The notes below the pieces were generated by a model that had not been told where the DNA came from, ran no database searches, and saw nothing but the letters and a program-made list of their open reading frames with translations. Shown here piece after piece: positions 30,421-39,398 of a stretch of DNA of 64,000 nt; positions within the stretch are counted from its first letter, which is position 1, and each line of letters begins with the position of its first letter. The DNA lies in NCBI GenBank assembly GCA_051745285.1, contig JBNJDX010000002.1, forward strand, positions 46,917 through 110,916, written 5' to 3'. This DNA comes from Spirochaetota bacterium. GTDB taxonomy: Bacteria > Spirochaetota > Spirochaetia > CAKZLE01. The position numbers and the translations under genes were made by a program.

Positions 30421-31295
30421 TGGCTTCCCCAGGTGGAAATGAGATCACGGGTCGTTACAACCGGCAGCTCAGGAGCCTGCACCAGCTTCGGAGCAAACCA
30501 TTCCCTGAGTACCCGCTTTGCACTGCCTTTATACCGGGTGCCATATTTCTGATCAACAGTGTAACCAAAGTGTTTGGCCCGGAACTTTTTATAGAAGCGG
30601 CACTGTTGCTCATACTGCATGGTATGGCCGACAAGATAGCGACATACAAGTCCTTCATGGACCACTATCGGGCGCGCCCGGGTCCATGCTGAAAGCCCAA
30701 AATCCAAAAGCTGCCAATAGCCATCATCAAGCTCCTCATCAAAGCCGCCGGTGCTGAACACATATTCTGTCGTGTATATACCGGCATAATCATAGGGGAA
30801 TAATGTGGCCTCTCCTGTTGCCTGGGGGAAGGCAGGAGAAACAGTTATCTCATCATGCTCTGTTAGTTCGGGATTGATGAGTACCGGCATCGGACTCATG
30901 TCAGATTCGTAACTGAAATACCCGCTGCATAGCGGCTCATGATACAGCAGCCAGCGCACAAGAGTCTCCCCCAGGCGTGCGTCTAGCTGCATATCATCCC
31001 AGAGAACCAGAGCATATGGGGTTTTTACCTGTTTGAATACTACATTCAGATAGTGACCGGCACTCTCATATTCATCAAAGATGATCGGGCGAATGAGGTC
31101 TGAAATCACCGCAGCCTGCATCACGGAGACATTATTCTTTTTACACATGGCGACAAAGACAGTACTTCCATACCTGGCAGTCAAGTCTTCTAGCAGTGAT
31201 GCAAGTCGCCTACGCTCCTTCTGACTATTGCGGAAATGCTTGCGGATCATCACGATAAAGGTAAATGCACTTGCTGACATGTGCTCACCTGCCAT
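30417..31295 (-). CDS. hypothetical protein
   Basis: 292 aa with no recognisable motif. The ATG at 31295 lies 2 nt after the proB stop (translational coupling); alternative ATG at 31280 with an AGGTGAG RBS. Confidence 0.4.
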   Translation of the reverse strand: MAGEHMSASAFTFIVMIRKHFRNSQKERRRLASLLEDLTARYGSTVFVAMCKKNNVSVMQAAVISDLIRPIIFDEYESAGHYLNVVFKQVKTPYALVLWDDMQLDARLGETLVRWLLYHEPLCSGYFSYESDMSPMPVLINPELTEHDEITVSPAFPQATGEATLFPYDYAGIYTTEYVFSTGGFDEELDDGYWQLLDFGLSAWTRARPIVVHEGLVCRYLVGHTMQYEQQCRFYKKFRAKHFGYTVDQKYGTRYKGSAKRVLREWFAPKLVQAPELPVVTTRDLISTWGSQ

Positions 31296-31297
31296 GC

Positions 31298-32401
31298 TTA
31301 TGTTTCAAGGAAGACAATGTCTTCCGGCCTTGCAATGACGTCCCGTCTATCTTCACCAACCCGTTCTCTGATGCTGCTGCTATGAACTCCGATAAGCGTC
31401 TCGATTTCACGGCTGTTAAACGAGGGAACAGCTTTGGCTACATCATTTATCATTACTACGGCCCCTTTGTCAAAGACCCCCTCAACGGAGACAACTCCTG
31501 AGGGAAGCAGACTCTTATTAGCTTTAAGTGCATCTACCGCACCCTGATCAACATGAATCGTTCCGCTGGGAACTGACTGCATGATCCAGCGGGAGCGCTG
31601 TGCCATGCGCTGGGCCGGATACACATACGTGCCCAGCTGTTTTCCGGCCAGAATCTGGAGAATGATCTGAGGCTCGTCCCCCTTTGCAATAACACAACCA
31701 CAGCCTGCCCTGGCTGCTATCTCAGCGGCTTTGAGTTTTGTCTGCATGCCGCCTGTAGAAAAGGATGATCCTGCCCCGGCAGCCCATGAGCGCACCCTGG
31801 CATCAACGACCTCTACTGTGGGTACGAGCTTGGCATCAGCGTGTTTTTTCGGGTCCCGGTCATACAATCCATCAATATCGGTGAGAATCAACAGTAAGTC
31901 GGCATCAATCTTGCTCGCCACTAGCGCGCTGAGGGTATCGTTATCCCCAAAAGCAGTCCCGATCTCGTCAGTGGAGACCGAGTCATTCTCATTGACGATG
32001 GGGACCACTCCAAGGGCAAGCAGAGCCTCTACTGAGTTTTTCAGGTTAATAAAACTTTTTCGGTTATTCAGGATGGAACGAGTCAGCAGAATTTGGGCGA
32101 CTACCAGGTTATGGGCTTTAAAGGCTCTTCGATACTGATCCATGAGCAAGGGCTGCCCTATCGAGGCAAAGGCCTGCCGCTTTTGTATCGACTGCACCTT
32201 CTGAGTGTAACCAAGCTCCCCTGCCCCCAGTCCGATGGCACCCGAGCTGACAATCAGGGGTTGATACCCCTTCTCGGCTGCTCTGGCAACCTGGTCAGCA
32301 ACATCAGCGAGAAAATCGGTATTAATACCGTCTTCTGCACGCAGGAGGTTCGTTCCAATTTTGATAACAATCCGTTTATAGTGTGAGAAATCCCTGTTCA
32401 C
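31298..32401 (-). CDS. proB: glutamate 5-kinase
   Basis: 367 aa. Amino-acid kinase fold (IVIKIGTNLL; SSGAIGLG) plus C-terminal PUA domain. Confidence 0.9.
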   Translation of the reverse strand: MNRDFSHYKRIVIKIGTNLLRAEDGINTDFLADVADQVARAAEKGYQPLIVSSGAIGLGAGELGYTQKVQSIQKRQAFASIGQPLLMDQYRRAFKAHNLVVAQILLTRSILNNRKSFINLKNSVEALLALGVVPIVNENDSVSTDEIGTAFGDNDTLSALVASKIDADLLLILTDIDGLYDRDPKKHADAKLVPTVEVVDARVRSWAAGAGSSFSTGGMQTKLKAAEIAARAGCGCVIAKGDEPQIILQILAGKQLGTYVYPAQRMAQRSRWIMQSVPSGTIHVDQGAVDALKANKSLLPSGVVSVEGVFDKGAVVMINDVAKAVPSFNSREIETLIGVHSSSIRERVGEDRRDVIARPEDIVFLET

Positions 32402-32412
32402 GCTGACCTCGT

Positions 32413-33714
32413 CTAGGTAAGATCCCGGTGGGTAAAACGCTTTGCTCCCTCACCGGTATAATCCTGCACGATCTGGCCGGTTCCGCGCAGCTTCCATTTA
32501 TAGCTCATTAAACCCTCGATCCCGACCGGACCGCGAGCGTGGATCTTATGGGTACTGATTCCCACCTCTGCACCCAGACCGAAGCGATATCCGTCGGCAA
32601 ACCGGGTGCTGCAGTTCCAAAACACATCAGCTGAATCAACAGCCCCCATAAAGAATTCGGCTTGCTGGGCATCTTCTGTCACAATGCAGTCTGTGTGAGA
32701 TGAACCGTAGCGGTGTATATACTCAACGGCCTCTGAAAGAGAAGTCACAACTTTGATCGATACAATCAAATCGAGATATTCGGCACCCCAGTCATCCTCT
32801 TGAGCCGCAGTGCAGCGAATAATCTGCTGGACCTGCTCATCTCCACGAATCTCAACTCCGGCAGTTTCAAGAGCCTCTGCGAGAGGTGGAAGGATATCCT
32901 GGGCTCTATCTTGATGTACGAGAATCGTCTCGATGGCATTGCAGGCAGCAGGATACTGACATTTGCTGTCAACTGCAATACGGACTGCCTGCTCGACTTG
33001 GGCGGTTTTATCAATATAGCAATGGCACACCCCATCAGCATGTCCGAGAACCGGGATGTTGGTATGATCCATGATAAACTGCACAAATTGATTGGAACCT
33101 CTGGGAATAATGAGATCAATCAACCCCTGCATGTCAAGCATCTGCTGCACATCTTCCCTGCTCTCAAGAAGCAGAATCCAGCCTGCCCCCGCTTCTGGAG
33201 GAAATATCTGGCTGCTGGCTTCCTGAATGATGGAAACGAGCAGACGATTGGTTTCAAGTGCTTCCGAGCCCCCTTTGAGAACAACTCCATTGGCGCTTTT
33301 TATGCAGAGGCCTGCAATCTGCAGCAGTGCATCAGGACGTGATTCAAAGATCATTCCAATCACGCCAATGGGACAACTCTCCTTGCTGAGTATCAAGTCT
33401 GAGTCGAGTTCACGGGTAAGCATATTCTGACCGACGGGGTCCGGCATCTGTGCAAGTTGTCGAAGACCTTCGCAGGATTGTTCAAGCTTGGAGGCATCGA
33501 ACTTCAACCGCTTTACCAACGGTTGAGAGAGATTCTCTTGGGCAGCCCTGGCGAGATCAAAAGAGTTAGCCTCAAAGACCCGCTCACGGTGCTCTTCGAG
33601 TTTATCAGCTATACGGGTAAGCAGACGACTGCGTATATCCGGCGAAATGAGTGCCAATTGCTTCTGTACAGCGTGCACTGCACCGATGTTCTCTTTGAGA
33701 TATCCCCTTTCCAT
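32413..33714 (-). CDS. proA: gamma-glutamyl phosphate reductase
   Basis: 433 aa. Aldehyde dehydrogenase-type fold with catalytic Cys region (NAIETILVH; ACNA). Confidence 0.9.
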   Translation of the reverse strand: MERGYLKENIGAVHAVQKQLALISPDIRSRLLTRIADKLEEHRERVFEANSFDLARAAQENLSQPLVKRLKFDASKLEQSCEGLRQLAQMPDPVGQNMLTRELDSDLILSKESCPIGVIGMIFESRPDALLQIAGLCIKSANGVVLKGGSEALETNRLLVSIIQEASSQIFPPEAGAGWILLLESREDVQQMLDMQGLIDLIIPRGSNQFVQFIMDHTNIPVLGHADGVCHCYIDKTAQVEQAVRIAVDSKCQYPAACNAIETILVHQDRAQDILPPLAEALETAGVEIRGDEQVQQIIRCTAAQEDDWGAEYLDLIVSIKVVTSLSEAVEYIHRYGSSHTDCIVTEDAQQAEFFMGAVDSADVFWNCSTRFADGYRFGLGAEVGISTHKIHARGPVGIEGLMSYKWKLRGTGQIVQDYTGEGAKRFTHRDLT

Positions 33715-33862
33715 GTTCAGTCTCCCTCCAGTTAGGGCGCGCCTATGCGAAGATAAGTAGGCTAAGTACGTTTCACCCTTAGTGTTAGACTACTGATTAT
33801 ACACCTATTTTTCAACAGACTACTTCACATTTTTAGCCTGCCAATATATATTAGTACGTATA

Positions 33863-34684
33863 ATGGATGAACAGATATTCACCCTACTCGAACAGGCAGG
33901 TATTTACACGTACTCGAGGGCTGACTCAGCAGCGATTGTTTCGGTTGTCGGAGCAGGAGGCAAGACCTCTGTGCTCTATGCCGCTGCCCGTGGATGGAAG
34001 AAAACAGGACAAAAGGGTATGTGCATTGTAACAACGACAACACAGATGTACCATCCGGAACATGAGCGTTCCCTTCGCGGATTTCCCTTTGACGGGTGTC
34101 AAACCCTTTCTTCGTTGAAGTATACTGATACCTCGCACCCTCTGTCTGCAGGGGGGACCGCTTTCCTGTTTGGCCGTATGCATGAGAATCAGGAAAAAGT
34201 CTACGGAATACAACCTGAGGATATCCTGCTGTTGGCAGCCAGGGACGATACTGCGTGTATAATCGCTGAGGCAGACGGGGCCAATAAACTTCCAGTAAAA
34301 GCCCCTGCCGATTATGAACCGGTTCATCCACCGCATGCCGATGCTGTTATCGGAGTTGTCGGGCTTTCAGTGCTCGGGAAACCGTTTCATCCGCAGTGGG
34401 TACATAGAATTGAACGCATGAAATTACTGCTGGAACACCCCGATCACAAGACAGTGTCTGCCGACATGATTGCAGAGCTTGTCACGCACCCGGCAGGCCT
34501 TTTTAAAGACAGTCCAGCCGGGGCTAAACGGATACTGCTGCTCAACCAGGCGGACGTATGCACATCGGATGAAATCTCACAGCTTAGGAAGCTGTTCGCT
34601 CCCCAACATCTGGGAATCGACGGATTGATCATCGCAAGCCTGAAGCCGGAGCTTTCTCTCATCTACAGCACATTGGTACCGTAA
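33863..34684 (+). CDS. yqeC: putative selenium-dependent molybdenum hydroxylase accessory protein YqeC family
   Basis: 273 aa. Walker A-like VSVVGAGGKTSVL. Sits immediately upstream of the yqeB homologue, in the same order as E. coli yqeB-yqeC neighbours. Confidence 0.6.
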   Translation: MDEQIFTLLEQAGIYTYSRADSAAIVSVVGAGGKTSVLYAAARGWKKTGQKGMCIVTTTTQMYHPEHERSLRGFPFDGCQTLSSLKYTDTSHPLSAGGTAFLFGRMHENQEKVYGIQPEDILLLAARDDTACIIAEADGANKLPVKAPADYEPVHPPHADAVIGVVGLSVLGKPFHPQWVHRIERMKLLLEHPDHKTVSADMIAELVTHPAGLFKDSPAGAKRILLLNQADVCTSDEISQLRKLFAPQHLGIDGLIIASLKPELSLIYSTLVP

Positions 34685-34702
34685 TAAAGGAGTATAGAGT
34701 AT

Positions 34703-36298
34703 ATGAACAATTTATTTGCAAAAGCGGCTGAATTAGAACAGTCACATCGAAGCTTTGCCTTAGCTACCATTATCTCAGCGGTAGGATCTACCCCGAGAAG
34801 CAATGCCCGCATGATTATTACCGAGGATGGAGAAACATACGGAACCGTTGGAGGCGGACTTGCCGAGTCCTACGTCATCGAGGAGGCAAAGAAACGTATT
34901 GCTTCCAGAGAGTCGGGGACTGTCTCCTATCGGCTTGACAACCAGGGAACAGAGAACAGCATTGAAATGCTCTGCGGCGGCAACCTGGAGGTGTTCATTG
35001 AGGTCGTCTCCTCAGCCGATGATCTCATCCTTATCGGAGGCGGCCACGTCAATTTGGAAATAGCACGTCTTGGCCACGAAGTAGGTCTCGCAATCACTAT
35101 TGTTGAGACCCGCTCTGAATTTTCCAGTAAAGAGCGCTTCCCCATGGCTAAGGAGATTCTCTGCGAACCGTCTCTGCAGGATGCACTGGAAAAACTGCAC
35201 CTGAACGAGAGAAGCGCTGTAGTGATTGCGACCCACGACCATGACATGGCTGCCTTGCAACATCTGATTGAAAAACCCTCCGGATATATCGGCATGCTGG
35301 GCAGCCGCAGGAAAGTCTCCTATCTGAAAGGGGCTCTGCAGGAAGGGGGTATCAACACTCAGGACTTAAAGAAGCTCTACGCCCCGGCTGGATTTGACAT
35401 TGGAGCTGAAACTCCACAGCAGATCGCGGTAAGTATTATCAGCGAGGTCCTGGCGGTGATGAATAATACAAGCGGACTGAACCTGTCCAGACGGGCTCAG
35501 AACCTTGTCCTGGTACGCGGCGGTGGTGACATTGCCTCCGGGACTGTAGTTCGTCTCCGGAACAGCGGGTTCAGGGTAGCTGTGCTAGAGACCGAACGCC
35601 CTACCGTTATCAGAAGGACTGTTTCATTTGCTCAGGCCGTCTACGACGGTGAAATAGAGCTTGAAGGTATCAAAGCCAAGTACACAGACTCCTTTCTTGA
35701 GGCTAAGACGCTCATGGATGAGGGAACTGTCCCGGTTCTCTCTGATCCGGAAGGTAAGATGATTTCCTCCTTTTCCCCCATGATACTTGTCGATGCAATC
35801 TTGGCAAAGAAGAATCTTGGTACTGCCATGGATATGGCTCCCTTGGTAATTGGTTTGGGACCGGGATTTTCCGCCGGGAAGGATGTCGATCTCGTTATTG
35901 AGACAAACCGCGGACATGATTTGGGGCGAGTAATCACCTCAGGAGAACCGGCAGCAGATACCGGGGTACCGGGAACCATTGATGGGGTAACCGGAGAGCG
36001 AGTGCTTCGCTCCCCGGCAGATGGCGAGTTCACTACTGAGCACGAAATCGGTGATATGGTGAAAGCCGGAGAGGTCATTGCCACCTGCGGCGACCAGCCG
36101 GTCAAAGCAACGATTGACGGCGTTATCAGGGGACTGCTTGTTAGCGGGCTTCCGGTTACAAAAGGCTATAAAATCGGGGACATTGATCCACGGGGAGATG
36201 CAACATACTGTCACCGGATATCTGATAAATCGAGGGCTGTAGCCGGTGGTGTGCTCGAGGGTATTATGCGGTTCATGTCACATATGATGATTCGATAA
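34703..36298 (+). CDS. yqeB: selenium-dependent molybdenum hydroxylase system protein YqeB family (XdhC/CoxI-like N-terminus fused to a YqeB C-domain)
   Basis: 531 aa, comparable to the 541 aa recalled for E. coli YqeB. N-terminal XdhC_CoxI and Rossmann-like XdhC_C (LILIGGGHVNLEIARL). RBS AAAGGAG. Confidence 0.7.
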   Translation: MNNLFAKAAELEQSHRSFALATIISAVGSTPRSNARMIITEDGETYGTVGGGLAESYVIEEAKKRIASRESGTVSYRLDNQGTENSIEMLCGGNLEVFIEVVSSADDLILIGGGHVNLEIARLGHEVGLAITIVETRSEFSSKERFPMAKEILCEPSLQDALEKLHLNERSAVVIATHDHDMAALQHLIEKPSGYIGMLGSRRKVSYLKGALQEGGINTQDLKKLYAPAGFDIGAETPQQIAVSIISEVLAVMNNTSGLNLSRRAQNLVLVRGGGDIASGTVVRLRNSGFRVAVLETERPTVIRRTVSFAQAVYDGEIELEGIKAKYTDSFLEAKTLMDEGTVPVLSDPEGKMISSFSPMILVDAILAKKNLGTAMDMAPLVIGLGPGFSAGKDVDLVIETNRGHDLGRVITSGEPAADTGVPGTIDGVTGERVLRSPADGEFTTEHEIGDMVKAGEVIATCGDQPVKATIDGVIRGLLVSGLPVTKGYKIGDIDPRGDATYCHRISDKSRAVAGGVLEGIMRFMSHMMIR

Positions 36299-36312
36299 AC
36301 TGGAGAGTGGAG

Positions 36313-37452
36313 ATGTCAATCTATCTCGATAACGCAGCTACATCCTTTCCCAAAGCACCCGGAGTCTCTCAAGCTGTGTATCACGCGCTGAACCAGGAGA
36401 CAGCCAATGCAAATCGTTCCTCATATGATTCGGCAGTAGCAGCCAGCAAGCTGCTCTACTCTACGCGAAAACTGGTTGCCGATTATTTCCGCGTTGCCGA
36501 ACCCAAGTACGTTATCTTCACCTCGGGGGCGACTGAAGGACTGAATACGGTTATCCAGGGGATACTTTCCCCGGGTGCAACGGTACTGACAACCCCTGCC
36601 GAACACAATGCGGTGGCACGGCCGCTTCGTTATCTGCAGCAGGAACAGCACATAGAGATACGATGGGCTGCCTGTGACCGGTTCGGAAGACTGCAGCTAG
36701 CCGAGGTGGAACAGGAGCTTTCTCAACATCGACCGGATCTGTTCGTCTGGACAGCTCAGTCAAACGTGACCGGGGCCCAGAACCCTGTTGCAGAGCTAAT
36801 AACGCTCTGTGAACGCCTCAAGGTGCCATACCTCATCGATGGGGCTGCAGCAGCAGGTGATCTACCTATCGACCTCTCCCAGATGGCACATGGAGCTTTT
36901 TGCTGTTCTGCCCACAAAGGGTTGCTTGCTCCCACCGGTCTCGGGCTTATGATGCTCTCTGAGAACCTGCTGCCCGAACCGCTTATGCAAGGCGGTACAG
37001 GCAGCAGGTCGCAGTTCGACCTCCAGCCTGACTTTCTCCCGGATGCCTATGAGTCAGGTACACGCAATATTCACGCAATTGCAGGTTTACAAGCGAGTAT
37101 GAGATACCTCACAGAAACTCCCACCCTTCCCGCACAGCAGCAGAAGATCACTGATTATCTCTATGAGCAGTTATCTCAGCTGCACAGTAAGATAACTATC
37201 TTATCCCCAGAGCTTCATCGCGGTTGTGTCATTTCGTTCCTACCAGTTGACATCGACTTGGGAGAATTCTCCCTTGAGTTACAAGATAACGGTATAGCCC
37301 ACCGAATGGGACTGCACTGTGCCCCCTGGACTCATCACCATACAGGGACCCTGAAAACCGGGGGAACAATTCGCCTCTCACCCGGCCCATTCACCACAGT
37401 CTCAGAAATTGACCAGACTGTTGAGTGCATAAAGGAGATAATATATGGCTAA
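36313..37452 (+). CDS. class V aminotransferase, cysteine desulfurase / selenocysteine lyase-like family associated with the SelD system
   Basis: YLDNAATSFPK N-terminus. PLP-lysine region CCSAHKGLLAPTGLG. ATG at 36313 (listed ORF begins at GTG 36307). Stop overlaps the selD start by 8 nt. Confidence 0.7.
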   Translation: MSIYLDNAATSFPKAPGVSQAVYHALNQETANANRSSYDSAVAASKLLYSTRKLVADYFRVAEPKYVIFTSGATEGLNTVIQGILSPGATVLTTPAEHNAVARPLRYLQQEQHIEIRWAACDRFGRLQLAEVEQELSQHRPDLFVWTAQSNVTGAQNPVAELITLCERLKVPYLIDGAAAAGDLPIDLSQMAHGAFCCSAHKGLLAPTGLGLMMLSENLLPEPLMQGGTGSRSQFDLQPDFLPDAYESGTRNIHAIAGLQASMRYLTETPTLPAQQQKITDYLYEQLSQLHSKITILSPELHRGCVISFLPVDIDLGEFSLELQDNGIAHRMGLHCAPWTHHHTGTLKTGGTIRLSPGPFTTVSEIDQTVECIKEIIYG

Positions 37453-38482
37453 AAAGATCAATCTCACCGAATATACAGCCTTTTCTGGATGCGGGGCAAA
37501 ACTCGGTCCCGGCCTGCTAGACCAGGCACTCTGTGGACTGAGCCAACCTGATTATCCTCAGTTGCTTGCCGACTACAGCAGCAGTGAGGACTGCGGCATC
37601 TATGCACTAGATGATACGCGTGCCCTGATTCACACCATAGATTTCTTTCCGCCGATCGTCGATGACCCTGCTACCTTTGGTCGTATTGCTGCGGCAAATT
37701 CGCTCTCAGATATCTATGCGATGGGAGGGAGACCCCTGACAGCTGTCAGTGTGGTCTGTTTTCCGAAAGATCGCCTGGAGGTAACCTATCTACGGGACAT
37801 GACAGCCGGAGCACTGCAGGCGTTAGGTGAGGCTGGAACGGCCCTTGTCGGCGGTCACAGTGTTGAAGATGTTGAACTCAAGTTCGGCTTCTCAGTCACC
37901 GGTATCATCGACATATCCGATATCCGCTATAACAACACCATTGAACCGGGAGACAAGCTGATACTCACAAAGCCGCTTGGAACCGGTATCATCAATACAG
38001 CCCTGCGGGCTGAAATGGCATCTGAGCAGGCCATACATGCAGCAGAGGATTCAATGCAGCGGCTCAACAAGGAGGCCGCCGAGATTATGCAGGAATATTC
38101 GGTGCATGCCTGTACAGATGTAACCGGCTTCGGACTCATCGGTCATGCCTGCGAAATGCTCATCGGCAGCCAGGCAGGCATCAAACTATATGCCGGGTCT
38201 GTCAAACTTCTGCCCGAGGTCACTGAGTATGTCTCCATGGGACTTATACCTGCTGGAACGTACCGTAACAAGGATTTTCGTTCAAAGTGGGTGCACGGCG
38301 CCGAGCATATTGATGAAGATGTACTTCAGGTACTCTACGATCCGCAGACCTCGGGTGGTCTATTGATTTCCATAGGTGCTGATGAGGCTCATATGTTGCT
38401 TAACAAACTTTGCACTGCCGGAGTTGAGGCCTCGATCGTCGGGGAGGTCGTATCTGGAAATGAGGAGATCCACGTTGTCTGA
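37445..38482 (+). CDS. selD: selenide, water dikinase (selenophosphate synthetase), Cys-type
   Basis: 345 aa. N-terminal TAFSGCGAKLGPGLL with Cys, not a TGA-encoded Sec, at the catalytic position. AIR-synthase-like fold. Confidence 0.9.
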   Translation: MAKKINLTEYTAFSGCGAKLGPGLLDQALCGLSQPDYPQLLADYSSSEDCGIYALDDTRALIHTIDFFPPIVDDPATFGRIAAANSLSDIYAMGGRPLTAVSVVCFPKDRLEVTYLRDMTAGALQALGEAGTALVGGHSVEDVELKFGFSVTGIIDISDIRYNNTIEPGDKLILTKPLGTGIINTALRAEMASEQAIHAAEDSMQRLNKEAAEIMQEYSVHACTDVTGFGLIGHACEMLIGSQAGIKLYAGSVKLLPEVTEYVSMGLIPAGTYRNKDFRSKWVHGAEHIDEDVLQVLYDPQTSGGLLISIGADEAHMLLNKLCTAGVEASIVGEVVSGNEEIHVV

Positions 38483-38753
38483 ACCCGGAGCCAAAGGAGC
38501 TCTTCGTACCTATAGGTACCTGATCACCTTCTATTCGACTCACTATGTGATGGCGGCTGAAGGTATACTTGCTTCCAACGTGGATCCCGGTGAGTTCAGA
38601 ACCGTACCTACTCCTCGAAAAATCAGCTCGGAATGCGGGTTTTCCATAGCAGCCAGAGTTTCACCTGAGCGCTACCACCTGGAAGGGGTGGAGGGGATCT
38701 ATTCCATACACACAACGAATACCAAGGAGTTAGCTTATGAAAAAATATCTTGA
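38460..38753 (+). CDS. DUF3343-family small protein (putative selenium/sulfur carrier-associated)
   Basis: YLITFYSTHYVMAAEGIL...PTPRKISSECGFSIA matches the DUF3343 pattern (STHxAM...PxPRxISxxCG). ATG at 38460 overlaps the selD 3' end by 23 nt; alternative TTG at 38475. Confidence 0.55.
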   Translation: MRRSTLSEPGAKGALRTYRYLITFYSTHYVMAAEGILASNVDPGEFRTVPTPRKISSECGFSIAARVSPERYHLEGVEGIYSIHTTNTKELAYEKIS

Positions 38754-39330
38754 TGCCAGAGAGCTGCCCTGCCCTAAACCGCTCGTGTTAACAAAAAAGC
38801 TCTTGCAAGAAGATGATTGTGACGGAGTGACAGTCCGGGTGGACAATGTAGCGGCTAAAGAGAATGTCTCCCGCTTTCTGACGAAACAGGGTTTCACTGA
38901 TCTGACGGTGACCCAGGAAGGTGAGGAGTTTGTCATCAGTACGAGTGACGAACAACTCCAGATACAACCTGATGAACCTCAAAATGCTTCGGGGAACAAA
39001 ACGCTCTTTTTCACCTCGAATCTGCTTGGTTCGGGCGACCAGGAGCTTGGGGCCCTGTTGATGAAAGGGTTTATCTATACTCTGACGGAGCTTGAACACA
39101 GACCCAACCAGCTGATTTTCATGAATTCAGCTGTCAGACTGGCCTGTACCGGATCACAAGTGCTTGATGACCTGCGCCAGATTGCTACTAGTGGCACTCA
39201 ACTGCTCGTATGCGGTACCTGCCTCGATTATTACCAGCTTACCGAGGAGCTTCAAGTGGGCACAATCTCTAATATGTATTCGATTACAGAGGCTTTACTT
39301 GAAGCGGAAACGATGCTTAAAATAACGTAA
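38737..39330 (+). CDS. yedF: selenium metabolism protein YedF family (TusA/SirA-like N-domain plus DsrE-like C-domain)
   Basis: 197 aa. TusA CPxP motif (LDARELPCPKPLV). C-terminal DsrE/DsrF-like domain with CGTC. RBS AAGGAG. Confidence 0.7.
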   Translation: MKKYLDARELPCPKPLVLTKKLLQEDDCDGVTVRVDNVAAKENVSRFLTKQGFTDLTVTQEGEEFVISTSDEQLQIQPDEPQNASGNKTLFFTSNLLGSGDQELGALLMKGFIYTLTELEHRPNQLIFMNSAVRLACTGSQVLDDLRQIATSGTQLLVCGTCLDYYQLTEELQVGTISNMYSITEALLEAETMLKIT

Positions 39331-39398
39331 AAACCATTGTATTTTATTACATATAATGGTACCTTCTGTCTGAAAACTACTAAGAAGTGAGGTATACT

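Noticed and set aside
33859-33864. TATAAT -10 box for yqeC
   Set aside because: The hexamer overlaps the ATG start codon itself, so it cannot serve as the promoter for this start. The real promoter must lie further upstream in the 148-nt proA/yqeC divergent region.
37445-38482. Selenocysteine-containing (TGA-recoded) SelD
   Set aside because: The catalytic N-terminal position is encoded by TGC (Cys) in FSGCGAKLG. The ORF has no in-frame TGA and no SECIS-like structure is needed.
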